DNA from: an uncultured Prolixibacteraceae bacterium | GTDB lineage: Bacteria > Bacteroidota > Bacteroidia > Bacteroidales > Prolixibacteraceae | Assembly: GCA_964395045.1 (NCBI GenBank) | Contig: CAYNBE010000001.1 | Span: 1 to 52,119, forward strand | Reading direction: 5' to 3' | Length of the DNA stretch: 52,119 nucleotides | Shown here: piece by piece, positions 20,008-30,718 of the stretch | Layout: the number at the start of each line of letters is the position of its first letter | Position numbering within the stretch: the stretch's first letter is position 1 | Position numbers and translations under genes: made by a program | Notes under the pieces: model-generated | Seen by the model: only the letters and a program-made list of their open reading frames with translations | The model's database searches: none | Told to the model about the DNA's origin: nothing

Positions 20008-22122
20008 TTAAAGTAATCCTCGGTTTTTCAAAAGGGATTCGATCCCTGGTTCTTTGCCCCTGAAGTTCAAGTAGAGGGTTTTGGGATCGTCGGTACCTCC
20101 CCGTTCAAGAATATTTTTCCGGAACGATTCGGCGACTTCCCGGTTGAAAATATCGCCGGTTTCTTTGAAAGCATCAAACGCATCGGCATCAAGTACTTCC
20201 GACCATGTATAGGCATAATATCCGCTTGAATACCCCCAGGAAAAAATGTGCGCGAAATAGGTAGAGCGATAGCGCGGAATGATCTCACTGATCAGTCCTA
20301 TTTTGTCCATGGCCTGTTTTTCGAAGCTATTGATTTCCAAATCACCGCTTTCAGTGATCGTATGATAATCCATATCAAGGAATGAAGCAGCCATGATTTC
20401 GGTGGTGGCAAATCCCTGGTTGAATTTTCCCGATTTTTCAATTTTCCCGATCAGTTCATCGGGGATCGGTTCACCCGTGAGGTAATGTTTTGCATACATT
20501 TTCATCACTTCCGGTTCAGCAGCCCAGTGTTCCATGATTTGGGAAGGAAGTTCAACGAAATCACGGGGGACATTGGTCCCTGCAAGGCTCATATAGGTGC
20601 ACTGCGACAGCAATCCGTGCAAGGCATGGCCGAATTCATGGAATAGGGTTTCTACTTCATCATAGCTGAGGAGGGCCGGTTTGTCGCCGACAGGTTTTGA
20701 AAAATTACAGGTTACAGATATCACCGGACGCACATCCGTTCCATCGGCTTTCTTGTGCTGTTCACGGTAATTCGTCATCCATGCCCCTCCTTTTTTGGAA
20801 CTCCGCGGGAAGAAATCCATGTAGAGTATTCCAATCAGGGCATTCTGGTCGTCTTTTACTTCAAATACCTGGCTTTCAGGGTGGTAGAGGGGCATATTTT
20901 CAAGCCTTGTAAACGTAAGCCCATACAGTTTATTGGCCACCGTGAAAGCACCGTCTCGCACGTTGCTCAGTTCAAAATAGGGGCGCAACTGCTCTTCATC
21001 AAGATCGAATTTTTCTTTACGCACCTTTTCGGCATAATACCACCAATCCCAGCTTTCAAGTTTGAATTTGCCGCCTTCCCGGTTAATCAGTGCCTGCATA
21101 TCGGCTGCTTCTTTCTTTGCCCTGGAAATGGCAGGGGTCCAGACCTTCATCAGCAGGTTATAAACATTTTCGGGATTCTTTGCCATATTGTTTTCGAGGA
21201 CAAACGACGCCCAGTTTTTGTATCCCATCAGATTGGCTTTGCGGAGCCGTAGGTTCACATACTGGTTGATGACAGCCTTGTTGTCGTTTTCATTGTTGTT
21301 GTTTCCTCTCATGAACATAGCCTTGTACAGTTTTTCGCGTAGTTCACGTTTTTCGGAATAGGTCAGGAAAGGAATCCAGCTTGGCTTCTGGAGTGTAAAT
21401 ACCCATTTGCCTTCCAGGCCGGCATCTTTGGCATCAACGGCAGCAGCGGCCACCACATTATCAGGCAGGCCGGCAAGATCTTCGCTGTTTTCGATGACCA
21501 GCCTGAAACTGTTGGTTTCAGCCAACAGGTTCTTGTCGAATTTCAGGTCAAGCAGTGCCAGCTGTTCGTTAATCTTTTTCAGTTCTTCCTTGCTCACGGG
21601 ATCCAGGCTGGCGCCTCCCCGTACAAATTTCTTGTAGGTTTCGGTAAGTAAACGCATCTTTTCCTGGCTGAGGTTCAGCTCCTCTTTTTGCTCATGTACA
21701 GCACTGACCCGATCGAACAGTTTGTTGTTCAAAAGGATGGCGTCGTAGTGCTGAGAGAGTTGTGGGGCAACCTTTTCAGCAATTGCATTGATCGAATCGC
21801 TGGTATTGGCTTCTTTCACATTGAAGAAAACAAGAGAAACACGGGATAACAAATCTCCGCTCCGTTCGAGTGCTTCTATTGTGTTTTCAAATGTTGGGGC
21901 CTCCTGGTTACTTAAGATTGCATCGATTTCGGAATTCTGCTGTTTCATTCCCTCAAGAAATGCCGGCAGATAATGACCGTCTTTTATTTTGTCGAAAGGC
22001 GGCACTTCGTAAGGTGTGTTGTACTTTTCAAAAAAAGGGTTCATCGCGGTATTTGTTTTGTTATGTCTTTCGCAGGAGGAAAAAATTCCTGCAAATGCCA
22101 GAATGAAGATTATTCTTTTCAC
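20008..22122 (-). CDS. dcp: M3-family metallopeptidase (peptidyl-dipeptidase Dcp-like), lipoprotein
   Basis: Lipobox-like FSSC, TLFHEFGHALH (HExxH), DFVELPSQ, GYYAYTWSEVLDAD; TAATTTTG box at 22159-22152. Confidence 0.93.
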   Translation of the reverse strand: MKRIIFILAFAGIFSSCERHNKTNTAMNPFFEKYNTPYEVPPFDKIKDGHYLPAFLEGMKQQNSEIDAILSNQEAPTFENTIEALERSGDLLSRVSLVFFNVKEANTSDSINAIAEKVAPQLSQHYDAILLNNKLFDRVSAVHEQKEELNLSQEKMRLLTETYKKFVRGGASLDPVSKEELKKINEQLALLDLKFDKNLLAETNSFRLVIENSEDLAGLPDNVVAAAAVDAKDAGLEGKWVFTLQKPSWIPFLTYSEKRELREKLYKAMFMRGNNNNENDNKAVINQYVNLRLRKANLMGYKNWASFVLENNMAKNPENVYNLLMKVWTPAISRAKKEAADMQALINREGGKFKLESWDWWYYAEKVRKEKFDLDEEQLRPYFELSNVRDGAFTVANKLYGLTFTRLENMPLYHPESQVFEVKDDQNALIGILYMDFFPRSSKKGGAWMTNYREQHKKADGTDVRPVISVTCNFSKPVGDKPALLSYDEVETLFHEFGHALHGLLSQCTYMSLAGTNVPRDFVELPSQIMEHWAAEPEVMKMYAKHYLTGEPIPDELIGKIEKSGKFNQGFATTEIMAASFLDMDYHTITESGDLEINSFEKQAMDKIGLISEIIPRYRSTYFAHIFSWGYSSGYYAYTWSEVLDADAFDAFKETGDIFNREVAESFRKNILERGGTDDPKTLYLNFRGKEPGIESLLKNRGLL

Positions 22123-22274
22123 GTCACTGTTTTTTAGATTTTTCTAGGGCGCAAAATTAACAATTTCATGCAGAACAAAAATGTCTTTTATCAGTTTCAA
22201 TCTTGTTTACAGGTACTTTATCTGAAACAGCCTTGCCTGTTGTTTGACTCTCTTCGGGTAGTGATATATTGGTT

Positions 22275-22777
22275 TCAATCCCTGATGGCATAAGGCGAAC
22301 CCGCCCTCCCTTTAATTAAATTAGGATCATCGCACGGGATTCCGAAACCGGAATAATCGGTCACCGAAGCGTGATGAGGGACTTCTGTATACCAGATGTG
22401 TGTCACTCCCAACGATTTGATTGCTTCGAGTGCTTTGTCGGTGATATCATTGAATTCCGGTGAGGGCATTCCCCGTTGGCTCTGCAGCGGGAGATGCGAA
22501 CAACGCAATAAGGAAGTCCTTGACGGAATTGGATTCCCTGCTGCTCTACGGCGGGGAGTTTCAATTTACCAACCCCGTTTCCTCCGATTGTTCCCCTCGG
22601 TTTGTTCGTTGTGTCTTTGTTCCCGAAAAACCGTGTGAAAACCTGGTAAACAACAATCTTCCCGTTGTATGGTCTCTGTGTTTCCTTTTTCGTTGTGGTA
22701 CAACCGGCCATTATTGATCCGGCTATCATTGTGGCAGCAGTTTGTCCCTTGTTCATCCTGAATCCATAGGAGAGCAT
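22275..22777 (-). pseudogene. GH13 alpha-amylase-family N-terminal remnant, interrupted and truncated
   Basis: VVYQVFTRFFGN...NGVGK and FNDITDKALEAIKSLGVTHIWYT...GRAGSPYAIRD lie in different frames separated by a 110-bp insert; stop codon right after AIRD. Confidence 0.85.
22455..22564 (+). mobile_element. Non-autonomous IS200/IS605-like miniature element
   Basis: Removing it restores GGT AAA TTC AAT GAT (GKFND); subterminal imperfect hairpins at 22472-22491 and 22535-22557; ends in TCAA; follows TTGAA. Confidence 0.7.
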
Positions 22778-22795
22778 TCTTGCGGTTTTCGTTGG

Positions 22796-23359
22796 TTATG
22801 ATGAGCTATTTGATTGGTATCCGTTCCAGCTCATGATTTTTTCGACCGGTTTACGGATTTTCTCCCTGGTCCTGTATCCTTGTTCGGGATATCCAAGGGT
22901 AATCAGCAGGCTCAGGAATTTCTGGTCGGGAATGGCGAGTAGTTTTTTTATCTTTTTCTGGTTAAACCAGCCGATCATACAGGTGCCAAGACCCAATTCT
23001 GCAGCCCGGAAGCAAAAATGGATGGCAGCAATCCCATTGTCGATCAGGCTGAAATCCCGATCTTTCAGCCTGGCACCCAGCCGTGACAACCAGTTGCCTT
23101 TTTCAGTTACCATGACCACAATGACCGGTGCTTTTGAAGTGAATCGGTTAAAGACCAGGATATCTTCCCAGGTTGCCTCTGCTATTCCGGCTTTAAGCAC
23201 CGGATCGTCCACCACGATGAAATGCCATGGCTGTGAATTGCTGGCTGATGGCGCAAGCCTGGCAGCATCGAGGCATTCGAGGATGATGTCCCGATCGACC
23301 GGAGATGGATCATAACGTCTGACACTCTGCCTGTTCCTGATTAATTGCCGGAATTCCAT
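22796..23359 (-). CDS. Nitroreductase family protein
   Basis: RQSVRRY, APSASNSQPWHF, AAELGLGTC, LGYP; likely start MEFRQL at 23359. Confidence 0.93.
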   Translation of the reverse strand: MEFRQLIRNRQSVRRYDPSPVDRDIILECLDAARLAPSASNSQPWHFIVVDDPVLKAGIAEATWEDILVFNRFTSKAPVIVVMVTEKGNWLSRLGARLKDRDFSLIDNGIAAIHFCFRAAELGLGTCMIGWFNQKKIKKLLAIPDQKFLSLLITLGYPEQGYRTREKIRKPVEKIMSWNGYQSNSSS

Positions 23360-23360
23360 C

Positions 23361-25016
23361 TTACAAATCCTTTTCTCGGATTTCAACCCTCCTGATTTTC
23401 CCTGAGATGGTTTTTGGAAGTTCATTCACAAATTCGATGATCCTCGGGTATTTATAAGGGGCTGTTGAATTTTTGACATGGTTCTGGATATCTTTTTTTA
23501 ATTCTTCCGAACCAGGCCTAAATGATGGTACCAGTACAATAGTTGCCTTGACCACCTGGCCTCTGATATCATCAGGAGCGGCAGTGACCGCACACTCAAG
23601 GACAGCCGGATGCTCCATCAGGGAGCTTTCGACTTCAAAGGGACCTATCCGGTAACCAGAGCTTTTAATAACATCGTCAAGCCTTCCGACAAACCAATAA
23701 TACCCATCTTCGTCTCTCCATGACAAATCACCGGAGTGATAAAGCCCATCGTACCAGACTGTAGCGGTTCTTTCCGGGTCCATGTGGTATCCTTTGAACA
23801 AACCAGGTGGAATTTCCTTCTCGGTCCGGATTGCAATTTCACCCGTCTCACCGTCTTCGCACAACCGTCCTTCCGGATGGAGCAAAACAATCTCGTAAAT
23901 CGGATTCGGTATTCCCATCGATCCCGGCTTGGGTTCCATCCAGGGCCAGGTGGCAATGCTCACAACCGACTCGGTCTGGCCGTATCCTTCCTTCAGCTTT
24001 AACCCGGTGTACTGAAGAAACCTGTTATACACTTCGGGATTCAGTGGCTCACCGGCTACGGTGCACGATTCAAGGGAGGAGAGGTCATATTTCGAAAAAT
24101 CTTCCCTTATCATATACCTGTAAATGGTTGGCGGAGCGCAGAATGAAGTGATCCTGTATTTTTCGATCATGGCAAGCATATCGGAAGGCGTGAATTTATC
24201 ATGGTCATACACGAAAACGGCACATCCGCTTAGCCACTGTCCGTATATTTTCCCCCAGACGGCTTTGGCCCATCCTGTATCGGCAACCGTCAGGTGTAGG
24301 CCGTTTTCACGGGCCTGGTGCCAGAATAATGCGGTGGTGATGTGACTGAGCGGATAAGCAAAATCGTGTACAACCATTTTGGGATTCCCGGTTGTTCCCG
24401 AAGTGAAATATAACAGTGAAATATCACTGTTGCCGACAGGATTTCCTTTGCTTTCAAAGGGAGGGGTCGTTTCAATTCCATAAATGAAGTCATGCCATCC
24501 GTCCGGTACGAGCGGTCCTACCGAAATCCTTATTTTCACCGAAGGAGATTCCTGAAAGGCGGACTCTATTTCCTTCAGGATTCCCTCTTCCCCGACTGAG
24601 ACGATTGCCTGGACCTGTGCCGCATTGTTTCTGTAAATGAGGTCCTTTTTCTTCAGCAAATGGGTGGCAGGGATGCATACAGCTCCCAGTTTGTGGAGTG
24701 CAATCAGGCAGAGCCAGAATTCATATCTGCGTTTCAGGATCAGCATCACCCTATTGCCGGTTCCGATCCCCAATGACTGGAAGTAAGCGGCAGTCTGATC
24801 ACTCAGTTCACTGATTTCCCTGAAGGTAAAATTCCGGTGTTCACCTTTGTCATTGGTCCAGACTAGTGCGATTTTATCAGGTTCAATCCGCGCATATTCA
24901 TCTACAACATTATACCCGAAATTGAAACGGTCGGGTATCACCAGCCGGAGGTTTTCCCGGAAATCATCGAGACCGGTAAACCTGCTCTTTATTAAATATC
25001 TTTCAGCAAGAATCAT
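23361..25016 (-). CDS. Short/medium-chain acyl-CoA synthetase (AMP-forming)
   Basis: YFTSGTTGNPK, DTGWAK, EGYGQTE, KPGSMG, GRLDDVIKSSGYRIGPFEVES, LPKTISGKIRR. Confidence 0.95.
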   Translation of the reverse strand: MILAERYLIKSRFTGLDDFRENLRLVIPDRFNFGYNVVDEYARIEPDKIALVWTNDKGEHRNFTFREISELSDQTAAYFQSLGIGTGNRVMLILKRRYEFWLCLIALHKLGAVCIPATHLLKKKDLIYRNNAAQVQAIVSVGEEGILKEIESAFQESPSVKIRISVGPLVPDGWHDFIYGIETTPPFESKGNPVGNSDISLLYFTSGTTGNPKMVVHDFAYPLSHITTALFWHQARENGLHLTVADTGWAKAVWGKIYGQWLSGCAVFVYDHDKFTPSDMLAMIEKYRITSFCAPPTIYRYMIREDFSKYDLSSLESCTVAGEPLNPEVYNRFLQYTGLKLKEGYGQTESVVSIATWPWMEPKPGSMGIPNPIYEIVLLHPEGRLCEDGETGEIAIRTEKEIPPGLFKGYHMDPERTATVWYDGLYHSGDLSWRDEDGYYWFVGRLDDVIKSSGYRIGPFEVESSLMEHPAVLECAVTAAPDDIRGQVVKATIVLVPSFRPGSEELKKDIQNHVKNSTAPYKYPRIIEFVNELPKTISGKIRRVEIREKDL

Positions 25017-25022
25017 TTCCTC

Positions 25023-25577
25023 TTAAAATACGATAGCTAGAAAAACAGCCGGATTGCCTCCGAGTGCCTTCATCCCGTGGGGCAAACCTGAATCAAACCA
25101 GAGTGAATCACCCTGCTCAAGGATCAACTCTTTTCCGTTGATCACGATCATCAATTTCCCTTCGAGAATCATATTGAATTCCTGCCCCTCATGATGATAA
25201 AGCGGAACCTGGCATTCTACGTCTGACGGATCAACCGAAACAATAAACGGTGAGGCTTTTTTATGGATAAATCCTTCATTCAAGGCACGGTATTGGTATT
25301 CCTTCCTTCGTTCCACCCTGGTTCCCTGTCCTTTTCTTGTCAGGGAATAACTGTGCATCCTTGGCGATTCGCCAGTCAACAGGGTGGTCAGTTCAATCCT
25401 GTACATTGATGCAAACCGGATCAGGAAGGTAACAGGAATCTCTTTTTCCCCCCTTTCGTAACCGAGATAATCGGATTCACCGATCCCGCAATCCCGGGCA
25501 ATTTCGGAAGGCATTAAACCAAGGGCATCACGCATCCCTTTCAACCGCTCGGAAATCTCTTTGATGTCTGTATTCAT
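25023..25577 (-). CDS. XRE-family HTH regulator with C-terminal cupin domain
   Basis: N-terminal HTH (RLKGMR...YERGEKEIP), HEGQEFNMILEG, GDSLWFDSGLPHG; 6 bp upstream of the acyl-CoA synthetase. Confidence 0.92.
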   Translation of the reverse strand: MNTDIKEISERLKGMRDALGLMPSEIARDCGIGESDYLGYERGEKEIPVTFLIRFASMYRIELTTLLTGESPRMHSYSLTRKGQGTRVERRKEYQYRALNEGFIHKKASPFIVSVDPSDVECQVPLYHHEGQEFNMILEGKLMIVINGKELILEQGDSLWFDSGLPHGMKALGGNPAVFLAIVF

Positions 25578-25699
25578 ATAATGTTTTAAAATGGATCAAA
25601 TTCGATTTAACAAACCAATACTCCCTGGAATATGTTTGTACCGATAAAGGTTTGCAATGGCAATATGGATTTCATGAACAATCCTGCTCGGGAGAACCA

Positions 25700-27175
25700 T
25701 CAGTATGCGATGGCAAACAATACTCTTTGTGAAGAAGGTTTGCCGCTGTATATGCATTTGCCTTCTTCCTGTTCTGCATCCAGCGGAATGCAACGGATGG
25801 TTGCTTTGGTTTCCTCCTTGATTTTCAATTCGGTTTCCACGGTACCGTCCCAATGGGCTGAGATAAATCCGCCCTTTTCGTTCAGAATTTCCCTGAACTC
25901 ATCCCATGAGTCGGCTTTCCGGATATTTTCGTTTCGGAATGACAGAGCTTTTCTGTAAATGTTTTCCTGGATGTCTTTCAATAACTGTTCGACAACACCA
26001 TCGATTCCATCTATGGGAAGTACCTCTTTGGTCAGCGTATCGCGGCGGGCAACTTCGATGGTTCCGTTTTGCAGGTCGCGTGGGCCTAAGGCAAGCCGTA
26101 AAGGTACCCCCTTCAGTTCATATTCGGCAAACTTCCATCCCGGTTTGCGGTTGTCATCGTCGTCAACTTTGACTGAAATCCCTTTTAATTTTAGCTTTAG
26201 AGCGATTTTTTCCGCTACGCCCGATGCGATTGCAAGTTCCTCCTGCTTTTTATAAATCGGTACAATGACAACCTGTATTGGGGCAAGTACAGGAGGCAGA
26301 ATAAGTCCGTTGTCGTCGGAATGGGCCATTACCAGAGCTCCCATGAGACGGGTGGAAACCCCCCAAGAAGTGGCCCATACATAATCGAGGGCTCCCTCCT
26401 TGTTGGCAAAGGTTACATCGAATGCCCTGGCAAAGTTTTGACCCAGGAAATGAGAAGTCCCGCATTGCAGGGCCTTTCCATCCTGCATCAGTCCTTCGAT
26501 GCAATAGGTTTCTACAGCCCCTGCAAATCTTTCATTTTCTGTTTTAACTCCTTTTATCACAGGTATCGACATGTATTTTTCAGCGAAATCCGCGTATACA
26601 TTTACCATCCGGATGGTTTCGAGTAGTGCTTCCTCGCGGGTTGCATGGGCTGTATGGCCTTCCTGCCAAAGAAACTCTGCGGTGCGCAGGAATAGCCTGG
26701 TCCTCATTTCCCACCTTACTACATTAGCCCATTGATTGATAAGGATGGGAAGGTCGCGGTGCGATTGTATCCAGTTTCTGTAAGTGTTCCAGATGATGGT
26801 TTCCGAAGTGGGTCTGATGATCAGCTCTTCTTCCAGTTTTGCTTCCGGGTCAACGACAACCCCGCGTCCCTCCGGATCGTTTTTCAGACGGTAATGGGTG
26901 ACAACGGCACACTCTTTTGCAAAGCCTTCGACATGCGAGGCTTCCCTGCTAAAAAAAGACTTCGGGATGAAAAGCGGAAAATAAGCATTCACATGCCCAG
27001 TTTCCTTGAACATTTTATCAAGCTGTGCCTGCATTTTTTCCCAGATTGCATACCCGTATGGTTTGATGACCATGCAGCCGCGAACAGCAGAATTTTCGGC
27101 CAGATCAGCCTTTAAAACCAGATCGAGATACCATTGGGAGTAATTTTCACTCCTTGGTGTGATTTCTTTCGCCAT
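25700..27175 (-). CDS. proS: Proline--tRNA ligase (archaeal/eukaryote-like type)
   Basis: [51 protein letters not shown], ends FAIAY; likely start MAKEIT at 27175. Confidence 0.97.
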   Translation of the reverse strand: MAKEITPRSENYSQWYLDLVLKADLAENSAVRGCMVIKPYGYAIWEKMQAQLDKMFKETGHVNAYFPLFIPKSFFSREASHVEGFAKECAVVTHYRLKNDPEGRGVVVDPEAKLEEELIIRPTSETIIWNTYRNWIQSHRDLPILINQWANVVRWEMRTRLFLRTAEFLWQEGHTAHATREEALLETIRMVNVYADFAEKYMSIPVIKGVKTENERFAGAVETYCIEGLMQDGKALQCGTSHFLGQNFARAFDVTFANKEGALDYVWATSWGVSTRLMGALVMAHSDDNGLILPPVLAPIQVVIVPIYKKQEELAIASGVAEKIALKLKLKGISVKVDDDDNRKPGWKFAEYELKGVPLRLALGPRDLQNGTIEVARRDTLTKEVLPIDGIDGVVEQLLKDIQENIYRKALSFRNENIRKADSWDEFREILNEKGGFISAHWDGTVETELKIKEETKATIRCIPLDAEQEEGKCIYSGKPSSQRVLFAIAY

Positions 27176-27273
27176 TTCTCTCTTTTTTGGTACAAATTTT
27201 GTTTCTTTCCTATTGGATTTTGAGTTGCAAAATAGCAAATTAAATCACAAAAAGTAAAGAGGGAGGATTTGTA

Positions 27274-28875
27274 ATGAAAACAAAAAATTATCTGATCGCA
27301 ACAATTGCACTTGTATTCAGTGCATGTACCACCGGATCGTATGTCACCTCCAGATATGTGGATGATATATACTTTGATCCGGCCAACATACCTCCTCCGG
27401 TCGTACTGGATGAAAAACCTGAAAAGGAAGCTCCTGCAGGGGAGAAATCGGCCAGCCGGCTTATCATCAGTGAGATCACTGACAATGAAGAGGGTGGCAA
27501 GACCATGAATAACTATGTTTTTGATGGCAGAGATGCAGGTAGTTACGCCGATGCCCAGCTGTACAATCTTGAACAGATGGAACTGGAAGGGAGCGATACG
27601 ACCGTATATTATGATGACAACGAAATCAAATATGTCATCAACAATTACTATAACGGTGACGACATCGATTTCTCCCGGCGTATACGGATGTTCCACCGTC
27701 CGTTTTTCTACGACCCTTTCTATTTTCACAGTTGGTACTGGGATGACCCGTGGTACTGGGACAGCTGGTACTATCCCTATTCATCGCTTGCATGGGGATG
27801 GGGTTATTCTCCCTGGTACAGTGGATGGTATGGCGGATTTTATGGCGGTTGGTACAGCCCCTGGTACAGTTCCTGGTATAGCCCTTACAGCTATTATGGC
27901 TGGGGAGGCTGGGGATATCCCTGGTATGCATGGGGAGGCTCTTATTATGGAAACTACTGGGGGGGTCGCTATTACGACAGCGAAAACTACCGTTATGGGA
28001 AGAGACGCGATTACCAGACTACCATAGCCGGAGGCCGGGATGGTTTTGGATCAGCGTCGGCTTTTGGAAACGAAAGATCATCTCTGAAAAGCACATCACC
28101 TTCCGGAACTTCCGACCATACCCTGCGCAGGGCCGGTTCCATTTCGGGTGCTGAGAATGGCGGAAGGCCTGACCGGCAGGGAAATGTCTCCGGGAGTGCG
28201 GGTGAAAGCAGGGTAGTTACTGAAATGAGAAGAAACAATGTAGATGCAACCGATGCGAGGAACCGAACCAGCGGAGGTGCTGTTGCCCGGAACCCGCGCG
28301 ATACTGGTAACGGAACCCGGCAACCCGGTAATAACACGGCTGTCACTGGCAACCGGATACAGTCGCAGCCATCTGCAACCGGAAGATATTCAGGGACCCA
28401 GATGCGCTATACAAGACCTGCCACTTCGCAGAACAGCCAGGGGAACAGCTATTCACCCAGTTACAACCAACCCCGTTCCTCAAACCGGAGTACTTACAAC
28501 ATTCAGGGATCGGCAAGGCCTTCAACATCAACAGAAAACCAGACCGGGCAATTGAAAAGCGGTCAAAGAGCTGCGACCATCTATTCACGTCCTAGCGGAA
28601 GTTCCGGTAGCGACAGGACTTACCGTTCCGGATCGACATACAACCGCAGTTCAAGTTCTGGCGTCAATCAAAAGCTGTGCTATTCGCAGCCATCGGGAGG
28701 CGGCCGGAGTACATACAGTGCCCCCAGCCGCAGCAGCAGCCCTTCCTACAGCGCTCCCAGCCACAGTAGCGGTTCATATAGCTCGGGTGGCGGAGGCGGA
28801 TACAGCAGCGGTGGTTCATCCGGAGGAGGAAGTCATTCGTCCGGAGGCGGATCCAGTCACAGCGGCAGGAGGTAA
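27274..28875 (+). CDS. Lipoprotein with a W/Y/G-rich segment and long S/G/R-rich low-complexity tail
   Basis: Lipobox FSAC, DDIYF motif, aromatic repeats (YSPWYSGWYGG...), terminal SSGGGSSHSGRR. Confidence 0.8.
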   Translation: MKTKNYLIATIALVFSACTTGSYVTSRYVDDIYFDPANIPPPVVLDEKPEKEAPAGEKSASRLIISEITDNEEGGKTMNNYVFDGRDAGSYADAQLYNLEQMELEGSDTTVYYDDNEIKYVINNYYNGDDIDFSRRIRMFHRPFFYDPFYFHSWYWDDPWYWDSWYYPYSSLAWGWGYSPWYSGWYGGFYGGWYSPWYSSWYSPYSYYGWGGWGYPWYAWGGSYYGNYWGGRYYDSENYRYGKRRDYQTTIAGGRDGFGSASAFGNERSSLKSTSPSGTSDHTLRRAGSISGAENGGRPDRQGNVSGSAGESRVVTEMRRNNVDATDARNRTSGGAVARNPRDTGNGTRQPGNNTAVTGNRIQSQPSATGRYSGTQMRYTRPATSQNSQGNSYSPSYNQPRSSNRSTYNIQGSARPSTSTENQTGQLKSGQRAATIYSRPSGSSGSDRTYRSGSTYNRSSSSGVNQKLCYSQPSGGGRSTYSAPSRSSSPSYSAPSHSSGSYSSGGGGGYSSGGSSGGGSHSSGGGSSHSGRR

Positions 28876-28993
28876 TCCCGGAAACTTACCGAATCTTTTA
28901 CTTAAACCCGTATTAATTAAATGGATAAGATATACGCTTCTCCTTGCGAAGAAAGATTGTGTATCATCATTAAATAGCATTAATTACATAGCC

Positions 28994-30490
28994 ATGAAAA
29001 AAATTATTTTAGCCGTCGTATTTATCTCTATGCTCCCTTTTGGGGCCATTACCCAGGATTTTGTGGATGCATTGAGATACTCCTCGGTGAGAATCGAGGG
29101 TACTGCCAGGTCGGGTGGAATGGGAAATGCTTTCGGGGCCCTGGGAGGTGACTTTACGGCTGCCGGGATCAACCCGGCCGGTCTCGGAGTGTACCGCTCG
29201 GCAGAATTTGCATTCTCACCCGGTTTCGGGATGAATGAATCAAACTCCCGTTATCTGGGCAACACATTGAATGAAAATTCCTACAAACTGGGATTCAGCA
29301 ATCTTAGCTATGTGGCAGCCCTGAAAACAAAATCGACCAATTCAGGTGGACTGGTCAGTGTCAATATCGGGATCGGATATAACAAAATGAAGGATTTCCA
29401 TTCTTATTCCATTGCAGAGGGGAACAATGCAAAGTCTTCATTTATGGACTACATTGTCGACAATGCAAACCGGAACGACTGGAGTGACTTTTATGAGGAA
29501 CTTGCCTGGAAGACCGATATCCTTTTATATGATACCAACCAGAAGGAGTACTGGCACGATATCCGGGATGCCGGGTATGGTCAGAGCCAGAGGAAAAGCT
29601 TTAACAGGAAAGGATCGCTCGATGAATACACCCTCGGTTTAGGACTGAATTTTGCGCACCGCCTTTACCTGGGGGCTTCACTGGGAATTACGGACCTCTA
29701 TTTCCGGGAGCTTACCACCTTGTCGGAATGGGATAAGAACAATGACATCCCATTCTTCAACGATTATCAGTTCAATACTGCCTTGAGAACCATCGGTACA
29801 GGCTACAACCTGAAACTCGGAGTGATCTATAAACCGGTCAATCAAATCAGGCTGGGAGCGTCGGTTTCGACCCCGACTTTTTACAATCTGAGCGACGATT
29901 TTGAAACTTCGATGAATTCTTATGTGACTTACGAGGATAAATCAAGTGAGAAGTATAGTGAGTCATCTCCTTTGCTGCAGTATGACTATGATCTGGTAAC
30001 ACCGTTCAAAGCCACCCTCAGCGGGGCTTACATCATAGGTGAAAAAGGTCTGGTGAGTGCCGACATTGATTTTATCGACTATTCTATTGCCAAATTGCGC
30101 AATGGTGGGGACGGCGACGAATTTATCGATCAGAACAAGGATATCAGTGATATTTTCAAGCCGGTTACCAATATCAGACTGGGTGGTGAATACCGTCTTT
30201 CCGAAGGATTTGCCCTCCGTGCAGGCTATGAACTTTATCCTTCGGCTTACAATGAAACTGCATTTGGGAAAAACCAGCCCAATGCCGGAAATGATTTGTC
30301 GGTTTATTCTGCGGGATTCGGCTACAGATCGGGAAATTTCTTTATTGACCTTGCTTATCGGCACGCAAAATCGTCCGAGTATACCGCATTTTTTCCAACT
30401 CCGGGATCTGCCGGTTATCCTGATCCGGAAATGGCCAGGTTCGATTACAAAAATAACAAAGTGCTCTTTACAATCGGGTTCAGGTTCTGA
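28994..30490 (+). CDS. OmpP1/FadL-type outer-membrane beta-barrel
   Basis: Signal peptide from MKKIIL, DALRYS..GTARSGGMGNAFGALGGD..INPAGLG, C-terminal IGFRF. Confidence 0.87.
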   Translation: MKKIILAVVFISMLPFGAITQDFVDALRYSSVRIEGTARSGGMGNAFGALGGDFTAAGINPAGLGVYRSAEFAFSPGFGMNESNSRYLGNTLNENSYKLGFSNLSYVAALKTKSTNSGGLVSVNIGIGYNKMKDFHSYSIAEGNNAKSSFMDYIVDNANRNDWSDFYEELAWKTDILLYDTNQKEYWHDIRDAGYGQSQRKSFNRKGSLDEYTLGLGLNFAHRLYLGASLGITDLYFRELTTLSEWDKNNDIPFFNDYQFNTALRTIGTGYNLKLGVIYKPVNQIRLGASVSTPTFYNLSDDFETSMNSYVTYEDKSSEKYSESSPLLQYDYDLVTPFKATLSGAYIIGEKGLVSADIDFIDYSIAKLRNGGDGDEFIDQNKDISDIFKPVTNIRLGGEYRLSEGFALRAGYELYPSAYNETAFGKNQPNAGNDLSVYSAGFGYRSGNFFIDLAYRHAKSSEYTAFFPTPGSAGYPDPEMARFDYKNNKVLFTIGFRF

Positions 30491-30522
30491 TTTCCTAAGT
30501 CCGGAATCAGTCCAATATATTG

Positions 30523-30559
30523 CCTCCTCAGTTGATGAGAATCACGGGGAGGTTTTTTT
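30523..30559 (+). terminator. Probable intrinsic terminator
   Basis: CCTCCT...GGGGAGG stem followed by T7; a second hairpin CCGGG/CCCGG at 30579-30595. Confidence 0.55.
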
Positions 30560-30718
30560 GCATTTTGTAATTTTCAATCCGGGTTTCATGCCCGGTTTGC
30601 TGTTTCTTTTTTCTTGTTGAAATAGCATAGAAATTACATGGGAAAGGATTTACGGTTAAATTTGCTGATAAAAATCATCCTTTGCAGGTAGATACCTTCT
30701 GGAAAATTTGATCGTGAT

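Noticed and set aside
28718-28993. N-terminal extension of the FadL-type ORF in the track
   Set aside because: Overlaps the lipoprotein tail; the signal peptide begins at ATG 28994
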